Assembly: GCA_044356295.1 (NCBI GenBank)
Contig: JBIKWN010000006.1
Span: 15,902-79,901 of the forward strand
Direction: 5' to 3'
DNA length: 64,000 bases
Origin: Bdellovibrionota bacterium
Lineage (GTDB): Bacteria; Bdellovibrionota_C; UBA2361; JBIKWN01
Below the pieces are notes generated by a model, which saw only the letters and a list, made by a program, of their open reading frames with translations, had not been told where the DNA came from and did not search any database. Shown in pieces: positions 59,027 to 64,000 of the stretch (position 1 is its first letter; each line of letters begins with the position of its first letter). The position numbers were made by a program, and so were the translations under genes.

Positions 59027-59650
59027 TTATCGTGAGTAAAGTTCAACAATGAGCTGCTCATTGACGTTTTGCGGCATCTGTTCACGTGTCGGAAGTGCCT
59101 TAATAGAGCCAGTCATTGCAGCTTCATCGAGTGAAAGCCACTCTGGAACTAATCTGCTTTTTGCAGCAGAAACTGAACTTACAATTGCGATATCTTTTTT
59201 ATGGTTATCTTTAACTTCAAGAGTATCACCAACTTTCAAGATATAACTTGGAATGTTGATTTTTTTACCATTAACAAGGAGCAGTCCGTGACGAACCACT
59301 TGTCGTGACTGACGTCTTGATGCACCAAAACCAAGTCTGTATGCAATGTTATCTAAACGTAACTCTAATTGTGTTAGAAGTTCAGTACCAGTAACACCTT
59401 TCGACTTAGAAGCAACTTCGTAATATGAACGGAATTGTTTCTCAGCAACTCCATACATAGTCTTTGATTTTTGTTTTTGACGAAGTTGTACTTTAAAGTT
59501 CGAGAATTGTTGACGTCCCTTACCATGCTGTCCTGGACGACCTTCTCTCTTATCAAGTGTACACTTTGAAAAACAACGCTCGCCTTTCAAGAAGAGTTTT
59601 TCTCCTTCTCTTCTGCAAAGTCTGCAAACCGGTCCAACGTAACGTGCCAT
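59027..59650 (-). CDS. rpsD: 30S ribosomal protein S4 (zinc-binding form)
   Basis: MARYVGPVCRLCRREG, LELRLDN, LIVELYSR. Confidence 0.98.
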   Translation of the reverse strand: MARYVGPVCRLCRREGEKLFLKGERCFSKCTLDKREGRPGQHGKGRQQFSNFKVQLRQKQKSKTMYGVAEKQFRSYYEVASKSKGVTGTELLTQLELRLDNIAYRLGFGASRRQSRQVVRHGLLLVNGKKINIPSYILKVGDTLEVKDNHKKDIAIVSSVSAAKSRLVPEWLSLDEAAMTGSIKALPTREQMPQNVNEQLIVELYSR

Positions 59651-59686
59651 ATGCTCTCTCTCTTTCCTAAACTATTACTTCTTAAT

Positions 59687-60079
59687 TTACACTCGACGGG
59701 TTTTACGTGCTCGGCATCCATTGTGTGGAACCGGAGTGATGTCTTTGATTGATGTGACTTGTATTCCAGAAAGATGAAGTGCACGAAGTGCAGATTCACG
59801 CCCAGAACCAGGTCCTTTTACAAGAACTGATACAGATTTAAGCCCCGCTTCACGTGCTTTACGTGCAGCGTTTTCACCAGCTACCTGAGCAGCAAATGGT
59901 GTCGACTTTCTTGATCCTTTAAATCCATTACAACCAGATGATGACCAGCTTACAAGATTACCAGCAGGATCAGTGATTGAAACGATTGTGTTGTTGAATG
60001 AAGAGAAGATATGAGCAACGCCAACGGGGACGTTTTTCTTAACTTTCTTCTTACGGGTAGAGGTTTTTGCTTCTGCCAC
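59687..60079 (-). CDS. rpsK: 30S ribosomal protein S11
   Basis: [27 protein letters not shown]. Confidence 0.98.
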   Translation of the reverse strand: MAEAKTSTRKKKVKKNVPVGVAHIFSSFNNTIVSITDPAGNLVSWSSSGCNGFKGSRKSTPFAAQVAGENAARKAREAGLKSVSVLVKGPGSGRESALRALHLSGIQVTSIKDITPVPHNGCRARKTRRV

Positions 60080-60109
60080 AGGTGTTCCCTTTTCTACTTA
60101 AAAAATCAA

Positions 60110-60493
60110 TTACTTCTTAGGTGCTGCTTTTTTACCAGCGATTGCTGCGCGACGTGGACCCTTACGAGTACGTGCGTTTGTTTTAGTGCGCTGACCACGT
60201 GCTGGAAGACCACGACGGTGACGAAGACCGCGGTAACAACCAAGGTCAACTAAGCGCTTAATTGAAAGTCCGTTTTCACGACGAAGATCACCTTCTACTT
60301 TCTCTTGTTTTTCAATGATATTTCTAATTCTAGAAACTTCATCTTCAGTCAGATTATCAGTACGAGTATTTTCATCAACTTTTGCTTCAGCAAGAATTGC
60401 TTTTGATTTGAAATCTCCGATACCGAAAATATAGGTAAGACCTCGAATCACTCTTTTATTTCTTGGAAGGTCAACTCCCGCAATACGTGGCAT
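60110..60493 (-). CDS. rpsM: 30S ribosomal protein S13
   Basis: [36 protein letters not shown]. Confidence 0.98.
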   Translation of the reverse strand: MPRIAGVDLPRNKRVIRGLTYIFGIGDFKSKAILAEAKVDENTRTDNLTEDEVSRIRNIIEKQEKVEGDLRRENGLSIKRLVDLGCYRGLRHRRGLPARGQRTKTNARTRKGPRRAAIAGKKAAPKK

Positions 60494-60537
60494 GTATGTT
60501 TGTCCTTAATTACTTAACGTTCGCTAAAATTTATTGA

Positions 60538-60654
60538 TTAACCCTGACGTTGTTTATGCTTTGGGGTTCGGCTACAGATAACGTAAACCTTTCCTTTACG
60601 GCGAATAACTTTGCAGTAGCCACAAATTGGCTTAACTGATGCTCTAACTTTCAT
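60538..60654 (-). CDS. rpmJ: 50S ribosomal protein L36 (below the ORF-track cutoff)
   Basis: Manual translation: [46 protein letters not shown]. Confidence 0.97.
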   Translation of the reverse strand: MKVRASVKPICGYCKVIRRKGKVYVICSRTPKHKQRQG

Positions 60655-60906
60655 GTGTAAACTCCTGATCTCTTTTACCGAACTCTTTACACCTAATTTC
60701 ACGCGCTTAGTTCTTTTTTAGAGAACCCCAATTAAATGGCACTTTCGTGGAACTGGCTTCTTCAAAATAACGGTAGAAGCAACAATCTATAATGACTAAA
60801 AGGCGCTAAGCCCTTTCGACTGGTGGAGTATAACAAATTGTGGGAACTTCTCAAGTTTGTGGGGGATGATGACGCAATGCAATTTTTAGTGTGTCGTATC
60901 AAATAG

Positions 60907-61959
60907 TTAAGCGTTAACTGGGATTTTCTCATTTTGACTAAAACCACGGGACATCGTGATTAACTTCTCGGAATCCTCGACATCTAGTGTAATCCTAACA
61001 GCGATCTTACGTAGCTGTTTTGCAAATTTTAGTTGATCTGGAACGTCTTTCTCACTTTCAAGCCAAGAAATACCCAGATTACAGAGGTGTTTAAGATAAT
61101 CATTAGACTCTTGAGTATTTTCTAAATGCTCAATATTTTTTTTCGAAATTGCATGAGATGTTTCAATCAAAAGTTTTAAGTGTGTAGATTTAGAAAAAGA
61201 TGAATAAGGATGGTCTGGATCTACAAGATGAAAAAACTTCTTTACTAGTTCGAAATTCTCTTTCTTGTGTCCAAATGATAAAAGGAATGGTTTGATTTCA
61301 CTTGCGCTATAGGTAGCTTCGCTTAATTGAATAGCATGTCTTAGCTCTACTTCTCGATTTTCTCTATCCGTTGCTACGTGGGTCTTGGGCACGTTAGATC
61401 TTTTTCTCTTCAATACATCATAGAGAGTTATGAGTAAATTTAATTGTCCAATAGGATCTTTTTTAATTATAGATTGCTTACCTTCTCCCTCGTCAACTTT
61501 GGAGCTTTTAAGTTTAGCAAGTTCTTCTTTACTTGTTCGTATAACTTCAAGAGCACCAATAGCCATGGTCGCCCTTTCCCTTAAAAATACTTCCCTTTGA
61601 TGATGAACATCAGGCATTGAAATCTCTGTAAGTTCATTTAAAGGTGTAAGATACCCACGCAAATAACGTGCGATATCTAAACAAGTGCCATAATGTGGAG
61701 CAATCTTTCTTTTCCTATCTTGTCCGACCGTTTCAAACTCACTCGCTAGTGTTTCAATTTGATCGACCGATTCAAACTGAGTCTTATCAAGCAAGACAAC
61801 AGCATTTGCTAAGGTAAATCGAGTGAGGGGTGCGGAATTTTCATTATCCGGATTCTTAAGTATTTTTAATACTTCTTGAAGAGATTCGTGCAGGACTTCG
61901 AAAGGTATAGTCGGATCTTTAAGACCCTTTCCAAACTGAACTACTACTTGATGCGGCAT
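60907..61959 (-). CDS. Hypothetical all-helical protein
   Basis: 350-aa ORF with AAGG RBS, no recognised motif. Confidence 0.65.
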   Translation of the reverse strand: MPHQVVVQFGKGLKDPTIPFEVLHESLQEVLKILKNPDNENSAPLTRFTLANAVVLLDKTQFESVDQIETLASEFETVGQDRKRKIAPHYGTCLDIARYLRGYLTPLNELTEISMPDVHHQREVFLRERATMAIGALEVIRTSKEELAKLKSSKVDEGEGKQSIIKKDPIGQLNLLITLYDVLKRKRSNVPKTHVATDRENREVELRHAIQLSEATYSASEIKPFLLSFGHKKENFELVKKFFHLVDPDHPYSSFSKSTHLKLLIETSHAISKKNIEHLENTQESNDYLKHLCNLGISWLESEKDVPDQLKFAKQLRKIAVRITLDVEDSEKLITMSRGFSQNEKIPVNA

Positions 61960-62084
61960 AAATACCTTAATTTCACAGAGACTGAATCAATCTGCTGAAA
62001 TTAAACAGTATTTTAATGCTCTTTCTTAGTCAATGTATAAACGATAGATAAGGGTAATGATTACAATGAGTTATAAAAGAGTTC

Positions 62085-63110
62085 TTATTCACGAATATAA
62101 TGACAAGTATACCCCCCAGGATTCTTTTGAAGATAATCCTGATGGTACTCCTCTGCTTTATACCAAGGAGTTGATTTTACTACTTCAGTAACAATTGGAT
62201 TTGCCCATTTTTTGGAAGCTTCAATTTCAGTGATTACTTTTTCAGCAAGCTCTTTTTGTCTTTCATCAAGGTAAAAAATTGCGGATCGGTACTGAGTACC
62301 TCGATCATTTCCTTGTTGATTTTTTGTAGTGGGATCATGAATTTTAAAGAAAAATTTTAGAATCGACTCATACGAAGTTTTGTTTGGATCAAATTCGATT
62401 CGTACACTTTCAGCGTGCCCAGTACTCCCAGTAGAAACTCTTGGATATATTGGATCAGGAATTTTTCCACCTGTATATCCAACTTCAATATTTACTACTC
62501 CTGGTACTGTACGAAGTAATTCTTCCATTCCCCAAAAACAGCCTCCTGCTAAAATTACAAGTTCATTACCATTTAGTAGGTACGCATCACTTTTTTCAGT
62601 TTGCAGATTAAAAAGCTTCTTATACTTTCCATACCCACGCTGGTCTAATTCAGCAACAGGTACGAAATCAAGAGAAGCAGAGTTAATACAATACCTCAGT
62701 CCGTTTGCTCCTGGGCCATCTGGAAAAACATGCCCTAAATGTGAATCTCCAATTTTTGATTTTACCTCTGTTCGGATCATTCCATGCGATGTGTCTCGAA
62801 TTTCTTTCACTTCTGCATCGTCAATTGGTTTTGTAAAACTTGGCCAACCTGATCCTGAATCAAACTTATCGATTGAGGAAAATAGAGGTTCACCCGTTAC
62901 AATATCTACATAGATTCCTGCTTCATGATTATCCCAATATTTATTTTTAAAAGGGGGCTCGGTGCCACATGCTTGCGTTACCTGAATCTGTTCAGGAGAT
63001 AATTTTTTCTTAATTTCTTCAAGGGTTGGTTTTCGATATTCACTCATAGCTAAGTTTGATAACAATAAACTTATTAAAAGGGCAGAAAAATACTCTTTTC
63101 TTAAAAACAT
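62085..63110 (-). CDS. msrAB: Bifunctional methionine sulfoxide reductase MsrB-MsrA, with signal peptide
   Basis: Msr[25 protein letters not shown]; Msr[25 protein letters not shown]. Confidence 0.95.
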   Translation of the reverse strand: MFLRKEYFSALLISLLLSNLAMSEYRKPTLEEIKKKLSPEQIQVTQACGTEPPFKNKYWDNHEAGIYVDIVTGEPLFSSIDKFDSGSGWPSFTKPIDDAEVKEIRDTSHGMIRTEVKSKIGDSHLGHVFPDGPGANGLRYCINSASLDFVPVAELDQRGYGKYKKLFNLQTEKSDAYLLNGNELVILAGGCFWGMEELLRTVPGVVNIEVGYTGGKIPDPIYPRVSTGSTGHAESVRIEFDPNKTSYESILKFFFKIHDPTTKNQQGNDRGTQYRSAIFYLDERQKELAEKVITEIEASKKWANPIVTEVVKSTPWYKAEEYHQDYLQKNPGGYTCHYIRE

Positions 63111-63180
63111 ATAAATAACTGTCCATTAAACGACGTCCAACGTATGATTATCATTCAATATCATAATAAGGACTACCTCT

Positions 63181-63897
63181 ATGAGATTCGCTTCATTTGC
63201 CCAAATAGTTACAGCTTCTATTCTTTTCAATACCTCTTTTCTGCCTTTATCTTATGCCGACACCCCAGGAGTACCAAAAGTTTCTGCATCAGGGGAGTAT
63301 ACTGTGAGCATTGAAGCAACAAAAGCCATTGTAAGTTTTCAAGTCAGCCGAACTGGCGCAACTGCCAAAGAAGCTTCCGAAAAGAATGCACGTGCAGCTG
63401 ATTCAGTAGTCTCATTTCTTAAGAATCAAAGTAATGTTAAGAAACTTCAAACGACTGGTATTAACCTTGCACCGATTACCAGATACGACAATCAGACAAA
63501 CCAGCCACAGATTACTGGATACGAATCGCGAAATGATCTCCAATTTGAAACTTCTATTGATACTGCCGGTGCACTACTTGATCAGATCATTCAGAAAGGT
63601 GCTAACAATATTTCATCAGTAAATTTTAGCGCAGAAGAATCCGCACTTGAAGAAGCTCGAAAAAAAGCAGTTAGTGAAGCTACCAAAAATGCAAAAATGA
63701 ATGCAGAGCTTGCTGCATCTGCAATCGGTGTGACTCCAAAATCTGTTTATAGTATTAACATTAACCAATCGAACCGCATGCCAATTTTTATGAGATCGCA
63801 AGAGATGGCATTTTCGGCAAAAATGGCAGCTGATACTCCAGTTGTTGGTGGGTCGTTATCTGTAAGCGCATCAGTCAGTGTAGAGTTGTCGTTGTAA
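63181..63897 (+). CDS. SIMPL/DUF541 domain exported protein
   Basis: Signal peptide, ITGYESRN, GANNISSVNF, ARKKAVSEA. Confidence 0.88.
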   Translation: MRFASFAQIVTASILFNTSFLPLSYADTPGVPKVSASGEYTVSIEATKAIVSFQVSRTGATAKEASEKNARAADSVVSFLKNQSNVKKLQTTGINLAPITRYDNQTNQPQITGYESRNDLQFETSIDTAGALLDQIIQKGANNISSVNFSAEESALEEARKKAVSEATKNAKMNAELAASAIGVTPKSVYSININQSNRMPIFMRSQEMAFSAKMAADTPVVGGSLSVSASVSVELSL

Positions 63898-63924
63898 TTT
63901 TGCTTTCTTACTTGGTTCATACCG

Positions 63925-64000
63925 ACTACTGTCCGGTAGAAAGCAATTGAAGACATTTTTAGTAACGCGAAGGTCGCGAAGTAAGCGAAGGATTAAAATA
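63925..64000. repeat. cgcgaag REP-like element (cut by window edge)
   Basis: actactgtccggtagaaagcaattgaagacatttttagtaacgcgaaggtcgcgaagtaagcgaagg. Confidence 0.85.

Noticed and set aside
62380..62913. 177-aa ORF antisense to msrAB, and similar antisense ORFs in flagellin, hppA, rpoA and lptE
   Set aside because: Codon-mirror shadows of well-supported genes on the opposite strand

Overview
64 kb of an AT-rich (roughly 35-40% GC by eye) diderm bacterial chromosome. The gene content looks deltaproteobacterial, possibly a Bdellovibrionota/Myxococcota-type lineage (inference only). Most of it is housekeeping: efp, yajQ, rplU-rpmA-obgE, rsfS, gpmI, mazG, an isolated nuoA, kup, hppA, pdhAB, gltA, fabI, the rpmJ-rpsM-rpsK-rpsD-rpoA-rplQ operon, msrAB, tRNA-Arg(TCT) and tRNA-Cys(GCA). 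The main unusual items are: (1) an orphan flagellin whose hypervariable region is replaced by seven FG-GAP/VCBS repeats, predicting a complete integrin-alpha-like beta-propeller; (2) a neighbouring mini-island whose genes, including a putative nucleotidyltransferase toxin-antitoxin pair, are separated by three copies of a palindromic repeat; (3) a signal-peptide-less gene pair whose small member has a type III needle/filament-like C-terminus; (4) the same architecture behind two unrelated tRNAs: an antisense copy of the tRNA's own T-arm, hairpins, then a duplicate of the tRNA 3' end; (5) several MITE/REP-like hairpin elements, a TMEM175 pseudogene and a DEAD-box helicase remnant lacking its ATPase domain. 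No CRISPR array, rRNA, integrase or transposase was recognised. All family calls come from motif recognition, not database searches.
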